Assembly (NCBI GenBank): GCA_963826525.1
Contig: CAWGXH010000005.1
Coordinates: forward strand, 256,001-320,000
Origin: an uncultured Methanomicrobiaceae archaeon
GTDB lineage: Archaea; Halobacteriota; Methanomicrobia; Methanomicrobiales; Methanoculleaceae
Length of the DNA: 64,000 bases
Direction: 5' to 3'
Shown: piece by piece, positions 46,575-55,568 of the stretch
Layout of the letters: every line of letters starts with the position of its first letter
How positions within the stretch are numbered: the first letter of the stretch is position 1
Notes under the pieces: generated by a model
The model's input: only the letters and a program-made list of their open reading frames with translations
Database searches by the model: none
What the model was told of the DNA's origin: nothing
Translations under genes and position numbers: made by a program

Positions 46575-47269
46575 TGCAGGCAGCTGCCATCATGGCCAAA
46601 GCGCCGTACGCGGGGCACGTCAAGACCCGCCTTGTACCCCCGCTCTCTCCGGCAGAAGCGGCTCTGCTCTATGAAAGTTTTCTGCTCGATACGATCGAAG
46701 AGCTCGGGCGGGTGAGCGGCATCGCCCCGTTCCTTGCCTATACTCCCCGGGCTGCAGAGCCCTACTTCTCCGGAATCGTACCGAAGGGGTATACGCTCAT
46801 CGCCCAGTCACCGGGGGATCTCGGCGACCGTCTCGCCCGCGTAGCGGAGGCACTCTTTCGTCGCGGTGCGACCGCAGTGGTACTGCTCGGCAGCGATACG
46901 CCGACGCTCCCGATAGAGCTCGTTCACCGTGCATTCCGGAGCCTTTCACACGCCGACGTCGTTCTTGGCCCATCAACCGACGGCGGCTACTATCTTATAG
47001 GAATGCAGAGGCCGACTCCCGGACTTTTTGCCGATATCCCGTGGAGTTCCGGGCGTGTTGCTGCATGCACGCGTGCCCGCGCCGGAGACCTCGGGGTGAC
47101 GGTATCCCTCCTTCCACCCTGGAGCGATATCGACACGGCGGACGACCTGGAGCGGCTCTGCCGCACGCTCGCCGGATCCCCGGAGAATATCGGTCCTGCC
47201 CGGCATACCCGATCTGCGCTTGTACGGCTCGGACTGCTGCCGTCAGAGGCGGCCGATCACGGCCGGTGA
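46574..47269 (+). CDS. TIGR04282/DUF2064 transferase (CofC-like nucleotidyl/glycosyltransferase fold)
   Basis: MAKAP..GHVKTRL, Q..GDLGDRL, GSDTP, LGPSTDGGYYLIG, IPWSS, DIDTADDL; TGATG overlap. Confidence 0.88.
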   Translation: MQAAAIMAKAPYAGHVKTRLVPPLSPAEAALLYESFLLDTIEELGRVSGIAPFLAYTPRAAEPYFSGIVPKGYTLIAQSPGDLGDRLARVAEALFRRGATAVVLLGSDTPTLPIELVHRAFRSLSHADVVLGPSTDGGYYLIGMQRPTPGLFADIPWSSGRVAACTRARAGDLGVTVSLLPPWSDIDTADDLERLCRTLAGSPENIGPARHTRSALVRLGLLPSEAADHGR

Positions 47270-47466
47270 ACCTTCTTGATCGCCTCGAAGAGCTCTGCCT
47301 GGCTGGTGTACTGCCGATCGTCGATCTTACGCAGAGCATTGACGACCTCGTCGGGTGCGTCCTCCTGCTCGGCATAGTCGATGAGTTCCTGCTTGCTCTT
47401 CGGGTACTCGAGAGCGACCATATACTCCTGCACACGCTGCGTGCCGAATCCCATCCTCTGTCCCAT
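47257..47466 (-). CDS. DUF2795 domain protein
   Basis: LEYPKSKQELIDYA..A..V.NAL.KI.DRQY.S; RBS GGAGGAG. Confidence 0.8.
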   Translation of the reverse strand: MGQRMGFGTQRVQEYMVALEYPKSKQELIDYAEQEDAPDEVVNALRKIDDRQYTSQAELFEAIKKVHRP

Positions 47467-47716
47467 ACGCGATCTCCTCCTTTCGGGCTCCGTCCTTGAG
47501 ATCCGGGAATATAAATGTATCGCCATCACGGCGGATCTGCGAAAAGTACAGGATCACGGCAGGTGCTGTGCTGAAAAATCCCCGCGAGCTTTGTGGGAGT
47601 CCAATGTGTGCGCAAAGGCATTCAGAAGAGCACCTGCAGGGTGGAGGACTCGCGGCAGAACAGGTGAGCGTGAAGAGGCATGGTTGCCGCACTCACCGCT
47701 CACCTATCCTGCAGTC

Positions 47717-47923
47717 TCACTCGACCTGGCCGATTCCTTTGCTGACATCAACGGCGGAGTTGTACTGCTGGTCGGGGATCGCCCGCAGGATGTTGATGAC
47801 ATCCTGATCGGCGTTGTTCTTCTTTGCGTGCTCGACAATCTCCTGCCTGCTTGCAGGATAGTCCATACCGGCAAGGAACTTCTGGATGTATGCCGGACTA
47901 ACACTTCCTCGCTGTTCGGCCAT
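47717..47923 (-). CDS. DUF2795 domain protein
   Basis: IQKFLAGMDYPASRQEIVEHAKKNNA..IPDQQYNSAVDV. Confidence 0.85.
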   Translation of the reverse strand: MAEQRGSVSPAYIQKFLAGMDYPASRQEIVEHAKKNNADQDVINILRAIPDQQYNSAVDVSKGIGQVE

Positions 47924-48185
47924 AATTGTCACCTCCGCGACGCTGGGCACCGTCCTCAGTATTTCGTATATACCTTACTACGATTCGAGGATTGAGGGGT
48001 ACCATTCTTCCGGACTGCCGGAGTATCCCGGATACTTCTCCTTTCACCAAGAACAGCCTGCCGGGGGGGAAATCCCCGCCCGGATGCCGGTAGCCTGCTC
48101 TCCTGCGCCTGGTGAAGGCTCCCCCGGTATCCATGGCGTGCGTTGCCGTTGTCAGGAAAAACTACCTGTCAATGGACAGTCCCGA

Positions 48186-48812
48186 CTATGAGGATTTTTT
48201 TCCGCTCGCCGATGCTTCTCCACCCTTCTTCGCGACACGCTTGCGGGTCTCCTCGTCGGCAGCCTGAAGGCCGCGAACCTCGTGCGGGGCCGTGCCGCCG
48301 GCACGGGCGACACGTTCCCGGGTCTCTTCGTCGGCAGCCTGAAGGCCGCGAACCTCGTGCGGGGCCGTGCCGCCGGCACGGGCGACACGTTCCCGGGTCT
48401 CCTCTTCGGCGGCCTGAAGGCCGCGGACTTCGTGCGGGGCCGCACCGCCGGCACGGGCGACACGTTCCCGGGTCTCTTCGTCGGCAGTCTGAAGGCCGCG
48501 AACCTCGTGCGGGGCCGTGCCGCCGGCACGGGCGACACGTTCCCGGGTCTCCTTATCGGCAGCGGCAAGCCCGATTTTTTCACCGGACGAAGCTGATGTC
48601 GATGCAACGTCATGTCCAGCGAGCGCTTTGCTGATATCAATCGGTGAGTGATACGTCGAATCAGGCAGGCTCTTCAGAGTGTCGATGATATCCTTATTGG
48701 CATCATTCTTCTTTGCCTGATTAACGAGGTCCTTCCTGCCGGCCGGATAATCGATGCCTTTCAGATACTTTTCGATTACCACCGGATTTGCCTTTATCTC
48801 CGATTTTGGCAT
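48186..48812 (-). CDS. DUF2795 domain fused to KGG/Con-10-like stress repeats
   Basis: KYLKGIDYPAGRKDL..LPDSTYHSPIDI followed by 25-aa repeats ending RVAKKGGEAS. Confidence 0.85.
   Translation of the reverse strand: MPKSEIKANPVVIEKYLKGIDYPAGRKDLVNQAKKNDANKDIIDTLKSLPDSTYHSPIDISKALAGHDVASTSASSGEKIGLAAADKETRERVARAGGTAPHEVRGLQTADEETRERVARAGGAAPHEVRGLQAAEEETRERVARAGGTAPHEVRGLQAADEETRERVARAGGTAPHEVRGLQAADEETRKRVAKKGGEASASGKKSS
48232..48565. repeat. 75-bp coding tandem repeat, ~4.4 copies
   Basis: GGGTCT recurs at 48245, 48320, 48395, 48470, 48545; unit encodes DEETRERVARAGGTAPHEVRGLQAA. Confidence 0.95.
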
Positions 48813-48815
48813 TAT

Positions 48816-48834
48816 CCGTCACCTCCCGTGACGG
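48816..48834 (-). promoter_or_regulatory. 5'-UTR hairpin overlapping the RBS
   Basis: Minus strand reads CCGTCAC-GGGAG-GTGACGG-ATA-ATG; 7-bp stem. Confidence 0.5.
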
Positions 48835-49184
48835 CGGGTTTCATGGCAGCACTAATATATTAATCCCTATTATGCCACATTCCCCGTCACGACGTACGGT
48901 TCCATCCTTGCGGACATGAGGAAACTGTCGGAACACCCAGCCTGCCGGAGCATCCCGCCGGACTGCCTCTACCATGACAATTTCCAATTTTCCGGCGCAA
49001 GATCCCGATACTAATCAACGGGTACATATCTCACGAGGAGCACACCGTCCGGTCTTATACTCCCCGTATACACTTCGGTAATCACCGGAAGGTTCATCCC
49101 GGCCAGGTGGCGGAGAGGAGATGCGCGGCCGGAGGGGATCGTGATAACTGGCCTGGGGAAGAAAAAGGTGTTCGATCGCCCCCT

Positions 49185-49208
49185 GCCGTCCGACCCTCCT
49201 CGGACGGC
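49185..49208 (-). terminator. Hairpin downstream of Roadblock gene
   Basis: 9-bp stem GCCGTCCGA/TCGGACGGC, followed on the minus strand by a T-rich tract. Confidence 0.45.
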
Positions 49209-49218
49209 GGGAACAAAG

Positions 49219-49978
49219 TCACGCGAATGGTGTGAGATCGCGCAGCAGCCTTCGGATCTGTCCGAAGTGCAGTTCCGGCCTTGCTAGAATACAGAGATAG
49301 TCCTCACCAAACGGGGTGATGAGCAGGTTTCCCTCACGGTAGAAACTGGTCATCTGTACAAAAGAGCCCAGATTGGTGATCGAGGTGAAGCAGGACGCCC
49401 AGCGGATCATATCCTCCGCCGTGGCAACGAGGTAGTCGAAATCGGCATCACCGGCCGAACTGATGACGAGCCCTTCTCTGAAGCGGGCGACTGCTAGTAT
49501 CCCGGGCTCGGCCAGCAGGCAGGCGGGATCGGAGCCCGGGTGTTCATCGCGGGGCTCTGCAGCGTCACGCTCCGTAAGTGATGGTGGCGAGGCTTTCCGG
49601 ACGGGAGTCTCCTCCGTATGCAGGCATTCCGGAACTGCAGGTGTCGGAGGCTCGTCGTCGCCGTATGCAAGAGCAAAACCCTCGCCTGAGCAGGCGGCAT
49701 ACGCTGCCAGAAACTCGTCGTGCGAGTAGCGTCGCATATCAAAGTCAAGGAGAGACTGCTGTGCGAAGTGACTTCTGAGCGGCAGGTCCCTTTAGCATAT
49801 TGGCCGCATACCGGAAGTAGTATGCAAGCGGCGTCCCCTTCCGCACCAGAATGAAGCCTTTTCCGTCCTGAACCGTGATCGCTACGATTCCGACGAACCT
49901 GGCCGTATGCGAATAGATCCACTCAAGCGGTGCCTGCATCTCTCCGATGCTCGTTCCCTGAGGCAGTCTGTCGATCAT
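49219..49978 (-). CDS. DUF2226-like N-terminal domain plus Roadblock/LC7 C-terminal domain (frameshift ~49770)
   Basis: RLPQG..FVG..GFILVRKG..L.G..A; EPGILAV..EGLVISS..GNLLITPFGEDYLCILA..GQIR. Confidence 0.7.
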
Positions 49979-50038
49979 AGGACGAAAGGTGTGGTTTTAC
50001 GGTGTTCACCGGCGGTGCAGAACGTTATTCCTGCAGCG

Positions 50039-50467
50039 TCACTCCGTATCTTCTTTTGCCAGAGTGTCGAGGATCCTGTACGCGTTGACGAGTTTTCCAA
50101 AAGCTACGGCGAGCTCGCCGATCTCGTCGTTGCTGACGACGGTGATCTCGGTTTCATCGAGATTCCCCCGGCTCACGCTCGTTGCAACCTTGGAGAGCTG
50201 CTCGATCGGACTTGTAATGCTCTGTGCGAGGAAGAAACTCCACATCACCACAAGGCCTACCGTGAGGAGGGTCAGCAGGAAGATACTGTTCTGGAGGCCG
50301 AGCAATGCAATCACGCTCCCGGTATCGCCTGCCGACACCAGCCCGAGGAGCGCGACCGGGATAACCGCAACGAAGAGCATACTGGCCATCAGTTTGTAGA
50401 AGATCGGGATCTGGAGTGAAAACCCCTGGGTTCCGAGTTCAAACTGTTTCTGTGCCCATTCAACCAT
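50039..50467 (-). CDS. Small 2-TM HAMP-only protein
   Basis: Two TM helices with a short loop; ITSPIEQLSKVATSVSRGNL..NDEIGELAVAF. Confidence 0.85.
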   Translation of the reverse strand: MVEWAQKQFELGTQGFSLQIPIFYKLMASMLFVAVIPVALLGLVSAGDTGSVIALLGLQNSIFLLTLLTVGLVVMWSFFLAQSITSPIEQLSKVATSVSRGNLDETEITVVSNDEIGELAVAFGKLVNAYRILDTLAKEDTE

Positions 50468-50899
50468 ATGTGATTATAGTCATAGTGTACTATTAATAAT
50501 TAACCATTTTTTCCAGTGCCTATTATTGAGCTATACCAAAAAATATCTATTCTTATTAGCTAAAATTACTAATTACTGAGCTGAAAACAGCAATAGAAAG
50601 ATACGTCTGTGGTGTAAACTAAGTTGCCTTGCCTGCGCATGACATTACATTACCAAATGCTGATAAACCAGATGCTTTTCACATGCTCCGGGAGATATTA
50701 TCTCCCCCGTCTTCAACGGTGCCCTGCCGGGGGGCGCATAATCTCTGCAGAAGTAGATGGAATGAAGCAGCGAGGGTGGAAGCGTGTGAACACTTTCCGC
50801 TGAAGGCCCAAAACCAAAGGGGATATCCGGATAATGAAGGGAATTCAGGGCAGAATAGATGGTCAACCATATAAGCCAGTGATGTTAAACAATAGGAAC

Positions 50900-52213
50900 G
50901 TGAAATCGGCGATACTCGGTGGCGGGCTGACGGGGATCACCCTTGCCCGGCTCTTGCAGGAAAAAGGAGAAGATGTCGTTGTCCTGGAGCGCGAATCACA
51001 AATCGGCGGCCTCTGCCGGTCGGTCACCAGTGCCGGTTTCACCTTCGATATCGGAGGCTCGCATATCATTTTTTCGCGGGATTCCGAAGTACTTGCGTTC
51101 ATGCGTGAGGTGCTCGGTGAGAATAAAGACCAGCGGGCACGCAATACGAAGATCCTCTATAAAGACCGATACGTAAAATACCCCTTCGAGAACGGCCTTG
51201 CCGCCCTGCCGAAGGACGACCTCTTCTTCTGCATCAACGAGTTTGTCAGGACCCTCATCGCCGTCGAGAAAGGGGAGGTACCACCCCCGACGAACTTTGC
51301 CGGGTGGATCACCGCGACGTTCGGGAGAGGGATAGCCGAATGCTACATGCTCCCCTACAACGAGAAGATCTGGAACTACCCCGCAGAACGGATGTCGCAC
51401 CACTGGGTCGACGGCCGTATTCCCCGCCCCCCCGTAGAAGATATCATCAAGTCCGCCATCGGCATCGAGACCGAAGGCTACACCCACCAGGCCGTCTTCA
51501 CCTACCCGGTGGCAGGAGGGATCGAGGCTCTTATCCGCGCAATTGCCGCCCCCGTCACCCCGTCCGTCATAACCGGATTCTCCGTCGCCTCAATCCGCGA
51601 GCGAGACGGTACTTTCATCATCAGCGACGGAGATCGGGAGATCGAGGCCGACCGGATCATCTCGACGATCCCGCTCCAGGCGCTCCTTCCAGCCCTCGAG
51701 GATGTTCCGCCGGAGGTTCTCGAGGCCTGCGACGCCCTCCGCTACAACTCCCTCTGCTCGGTCTTCATCGGCCTTCGGACTTCCGTTCCCGATCTCTCCT
51801 GGGTCTATGTCCCCGAGGAGCGTGTCGGGCTCTTCAACCGGATCTCCTTCCCCTCGAATTACAGCACCGCTGTCGCTCCCGAAGGGCACGGCTCCATCCT
51901 CGCCGAGATTACCTACAACGAAGGCGATGCGATCTCCCGGATGACCGATACGGAGGCGATCGATCATACCGTCTCCTCACTCTGCGAGGCGGGGATCATC
52001 CGCGATGCCGGGGACGTCGTCTACACCGGCGTCGAGCGCCAGAAATTCGCCTACGTCGTCTATGATCTCGACTACCAAAAGAATATCACTCTAGTACGGG
52101 AATACTGCCGTGCCCGGAATATCGCTCTCGTCGGGCGTTTCTCCGAGTTTGAGTATCTGAACATGGACGGCTGCATCAGGAGCGCAATCACCTTTGCGAG
52201 GGCTGATCGATGA
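50900..52213 (+). CDS. FAD-dependent oxidoreductase, UDP-galactopyranose mutase-like
   Basis: GTG start; GGGLTG, GGLCRS..GFTFDIGGSHIIFS, PYNEKIW, WVDGRIP, FTYP..GG, YVVY, GRFSEFEYLNMD. Confidence 0.75.
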   Translation: MKSAILGGGLTGITLARLLQEKGEDVVVLERESQIGGLCRSVTSAGFTFDIGGSHIIFSRDSEVLAFMREVLGENKDQRARNTKILYKDRYVKYPFENGLAALPKDDLFFCINEFVRTLIAVEKGEVPPPTNFAGWITATFGRGIAECYMLPYNEKIWNYPAERMSHHWVDGRIPRPPVEDIIKSAIGIETEGYTHQAVFTYPVAGGIEALIRAIAAPVTPSVITGFSVASIRERDGTFIISDGDREIEADRIISTIPLQALLPALEDVPPEVLEACDALRYNSLCSVFIGLRTSVPDLSWVYVPEERVGLFNRISFPSNYSTAVAPEGHGSILAEITYNEGDAISRMTDTEAIDHTVSSLCEAGIIRDAGDVVYTGVERQKFAYVVYDLDYQKNITLVREYCRARNIALVGRFSEFEYLNMDGCIRSAITFARADR

Positions 52214-53187
52214 GAGTCAACATCTTCGTTGAAGATTTCCGTTTTCTCAAGTATATCGGGTGTGCGACGGCCGCAAGGACGCTCTATAACTACCTCTCCC
52301 GGTTGCCCGACCTCGAGGTGGCGCGAAACTCCTACAGAGACCGTTTCGACCTGACCCACTACCATACCTTCGGACCGTGGGCGATGTACCACCTCAAGTT
52401 CACCGACGGGGTAAAAGTCCTCACCGCTCACTCGACGCCGCGGCTGAACGACGGGAACGTCGCCTTTTCCAAGCGGATTAACAGGGTATATCCGAAGATC
52501 TACCGGCAGTTCGATCACATCATCACCATCTCCGAACCCTGCCACCGCGAGACCGACCAGATGGTGCCCGAGGTCGAAAAGACACTTATTCCGAACGGCA
52601 TCGACCGGGAGTACTTCACCCCGGACGCAAAGAAGCGCCGGCTCTTCCGGGAGCAGTACGATATCGAGCCCGGCCAGAAAGTGGTGCTCTCCGTCGGGCA
52701 GCAGACCCCGCGGAAGGGTATATACGATTTCCTCAAACTCGCTGCAAAGCACCCGGAGATGACTTGGGTCTGGGTGGGCGGGTTCCCCTACGGCACACTC
52801 TCAAAGGACTATACCCGGATCCAGATGGCAAAAAGCCGCTGCCACGACAACGTCATCTTCACGGGCCTGGTCGACGATATCTCGGCTCCGTACTGCGGGG
52901 CGGACGTCTTCTTCATGCCCTCGTATGCCGAGACCTTCGGTCTTGTCATTGTCGAGGCGCTCGCAACCGGCCTTCCGGTGATCGCACGGGACATCTATGA
53001 GTTCCGCGAGATCTTCGGCGACTCGGTGCTCTTCTTCCGGGATGCCGGAGAAGTGCAGGAGATGCTCGGAAACGACACGCTGCTCAAGACCTGCAAGCGG
53101 CAGGCCCGGGAGTCGACAGAGAAATATGACATCAAGCTTATTGCCGGAATGCATCAACAGTTGTACAAAGACCTGGTGGAGCCATGA
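52210..53187 (+). CDS. GT4 glycosyltransferase, CpoA/DGS glycolipid synthase-like
   Basis: VGQQTPRKGIYDF..WVGGFPYG, PSYAETFGLVIVEA, RDI..F. Confidence 0.85.
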   Translation: MRVNIFVEDFRFLKYIGCATAARTLYNYLSRLPDLEVARNSYRDRFDLTHYHTFGPWAMYHLKFTDGVKVLTAHSTPRLNDGNVAFSKRINRVYPKIYRQFDHIITISEPCHRETDQMVPEVEKTLIPNGIDREYFTPDAKKRRLFREQYDIEPGQKVVLSVGQQTPRKGIYDFLKLAAKHPEMTWVWVGGFPYGTLSKDYTRIQMAKSRCHDNVIFTGLVDDISAPYCGADVFFMPSYAETFGLVIVEALATGLPVIARDIYEFREIFGDSVLFFRDAGEVQEMLGNDTLLKTCKRQARESTEKYDIKLIAGMHQQLYKDLVEP

Positions 53188-53882
53188 TATCGATCATCAT
53201 TCCGACCTACAACGAAGAAGAGAATATCACCCGGTGCTTATTGTCGCTCGCCGACCAGACGGTGCCGAGGAGTACCTACGAGATCATCGTTGTGGACGGA
53301 AACTCGAAAGACCGGACGCGTGAACTCGCCGAACCGCTCGCCGACAGTGTCTTTATCCAGAAGAGCAAGAAGGTCGGGGGCGCCAGAAACGACGGCGTGA
53401 TGGAATCACGGGGATCGATCGCCGCGACGACGGATGCAGACTGTATTCTGCCCCGAAACTGGGTGGAGACGATCGCACGCGACTTCGACCGCCGCGATAT
53501 CGTCCAGCTCTACGGGACAGTCTATCCCCTCGAGGGCGGGATCAAGAACAATCTCTCGCTCGTCGGTGCCAACACCTTCTCCCGGTTCGGCTACTATACC
53601 CGCACCATCTACTTCACGCTCGGGTGCAACACTGCGTTCGACCGTGACGCCTTCATCGAAGCCGGGATGTACCGGTGCATCGACGCCGGAGACGACCTCG
53701 AGATCGCGCAGCGGATGCGCAAGCTCGGCAGGGTGATGCTCGACCCGTCCCTTCGTGTCGGTTTCTCCATGCGCCGCTACCAGCAGTTCGGGACGATCAA
53801 GTCGGTCTACGAGTGGCTGGCAATCGTGGCGAGCGGCGGCGATTCTGCCAAAGCCAGCTACTCAAAACGGATCTATAAGTGA
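53184..53882 (+). CDS. GT2 glycosyltransferase
   Basis: SIIIPTYNEE, VDGNSKD, ARNDG, TDAD, GCN, GDD, SMRRY. Confidence 0.9.
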   Translation: MISIIIPTYNEEENITRCLLSLADQTVPRSTYEIIVVDGNSKDRTRELAEPLADSVFIQKSKKVGGARNDGVMESRGSIAATTDADCILPRNWVETIARDFDRRDIVQLYGTVYPLEGGIKNNLSLVGANTFSRFGYYTRTIYFTLGCNTAFDRDAFIEAGMYRCIDAGDDLEIAQRMRKLGRVMLDPSLRVGFSMRRYQQFGTIKSVYEWLAIVASGGDSAKASYSKRIYK

Positions 53883-53894
53883 CGGCCGGGCCGG

Positions 53895-54383
53895 TCAGAA
53901 CCGGCAGCTTGCCCTCCCCTGTTTTGCAAGATACTGCTGGTGATACTCCTCCGCCCGCCAGAACGTCGAGGCCGGTTCGATCGCGGTGACGACCTCTCTC
54001 CGAAACTTACCGGAGCGCCCGATCTGCTCTTTCGACTCCCGGGCGGCGGCCTCCTGCTCCGGGGTGTGGTAAAAGATCACCGACCGGTACTGCGTCCCGA
54101 TATCGGGCCCCTGCCGATTCGGCGTCGTCGGGTCGTGCACCGTCCAGAAGACGTGCAGCAGGTTCTCGTACCGCACCATCGTCGGGTCGTATACTATCTC
54201 GACAACCTCTGCGTGGCCGGTTCGCCCCGTGCAGACATCCCGATAGGAAGGGTTCTCGACCGTGCCTCCCATGAACCCGACCGCCGTCGATACGACGCCG
54301 GGAACCTTCCGGAAGGCCTCTTCGACGCCCCAGAAACAACCTGCACCGAACGTAGCCTTCTCAAAATCACTCTTCTCTGCCAT
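53895..54383 (-). CDS. msrA: Peptide methionine sulfoxide reductase A
   Basis: [30 protein letters not shown]. Confidence 0.96.
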   Translation of the reverse strand: MAEKSDFEKATFGAGCFWGVEEAFRKVPGVVSTAVGFMGGTVENPSYRDVCTGRTGHAEVVEIVYDPTMVRYENLLHVFWTVHDPTTPNRQGPDIGTQYRSVIFYHTPEQEAAARESKEQIGRSGKFRREVVTAIEPASTFWRAEEYHQQYLAKQGRASCRF

Positions 54384-54566
54384 CGGTAGCATCCTTGCGA
54401 TGATGGATAAAAAAGGTGCCGACGATACGTGCACGTCAGAGATATAAGCGCCCGCTAGATCTTTTCAAGCCGTTGAAGGCAGGCTTTTCACCAACCCGGC
54501 ATCGCTTGCGGGCGGAGTAAAAGCCCTTTGGGCACGATTCTTTCCTCTCTTCGATACAGCTTCCGG

Positions 54567-54824
54567 TCACGGGCGTTTATCCCGGACGCTCCTCTCCCTG
54601 CCTATCGTCTCGACGGCATAGAAGAGAGCGAGCGTCATGAGCGGCATCAGGACCAGGAACATCAGGTACTCGAGAGACGCTTCCCCGAACTGATCGATCG
54701 AGAAGATCACGGCCTTCTCCGGCGATGAGTATGCTTTCAGGAATGTCCACACAAAGAGCGATGCGACTCCGTAGGTAATGATTAACCCAAGGTAGACTAC
54801 AAATGCCTTTACTCTTCCCCCCAT
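54567..54824 (-). CDS. Small 2-TM hypothetical protein
   Basis: Two hydrophobic helices flanking AYSSPEKAVIFSIDQFGEA. Confidence 0.6.
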   Translation of the reverse strand: MGGRVKAFVVYLGLIITYGVASLFVWTFLKAYSSPEKAVIFSIDQFGEASLEYLMFLVLMPLMTLALFYAVETIGRERSVRDKRP

Positions 54825-54996
54825 TGTTTTTCCCCTAAGCCAGAGTGAACTCTGCTTTTGACGTCGTCGATACAAGCATGAGATACTGGGAACACACATA
54901 TAAATATATCGCTGGGAGCCTGACGAGACCTGCGCATACGGCTATCAGGGCCGTCGGACGGAGATACTAATAGCTCATCGGGATAATACAATCCGC

Positions 54997-55554
54997 ATGA
55001 ACAGCAGCATCGAGACGGAAGCCGTCATCATCGTCGCCCGGTTGATGGCACTCTCCGCGCGGACGGCTCCGAAGGGGAAAGGAGTCGACGCGATAGCGAT
55101 CGCGGTGGTCACGGGAGGCGACCTTGCCGAGCTTGCCCGGTCGATGAACGCCTTCGGCGAAGAGAACGATATGGCCTTCTTCATCAGGGATGCAAAGAAT
55201 GTCGCGGAGAGCGATGCCTGCGTCCTTATCGGGTCGGAGGTGACCAGCGTCGTCGGGATCAACTGCGGGGGATGCGGATTTGCAACCTGTGCAGAGATGC
55301 AGGAAGCACAGAAAGAGAGCCTGAAATGCGATACCCCGTTCAAAGGGTATAACTGCGTTGTCCGCATGGCGGATCTCGGTATCGCCGTCGGTTCCGCAGT
55401 CAAGACGGCATCCATCCACAACGTCGACAACCGGATCATGTATACCGCCGGTGTCGGCGCACTCAGGCTCGGCTGGATGGCGGGGTGCGGCGTCGCCTAC
55501 GGTATTCCCCTCAAAGCAGCGGGCAAGAATATCTTCTTTGACCGCACACGCTAA
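54997..55554 (+). CDS. DUF2148 ferredoxin-domain protein
   Basis: SARTAPKGKG, NCGGCGFATC, DLGIAVGSA, DNRIMYT. Confidence 0.88.
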   Translation: MNSSIETEAVIIVARLMALSARTAPKGKGVDAIAIAVVTGGDLAELARSMNAFGEENDMAFFIRDAKNVAESDACVLIGSEVTSVVGINCGGCGFATCAEMQEAQKESLKCDTPFKGYNCVVRMADLGIAVGSAVKTASIHNVDNRIMYTAGVGALRLGWMAGCGVAYGIPLKAAGKNIFFDRTR

Positions 55555-55568
55555 CCGATTGTGATACC

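Noticed and set aside
48232-48565. Possible CRISPR array
   Set aside because: Contiguous 75-bp in-frame units with no unique spacers; it is a coding repeat
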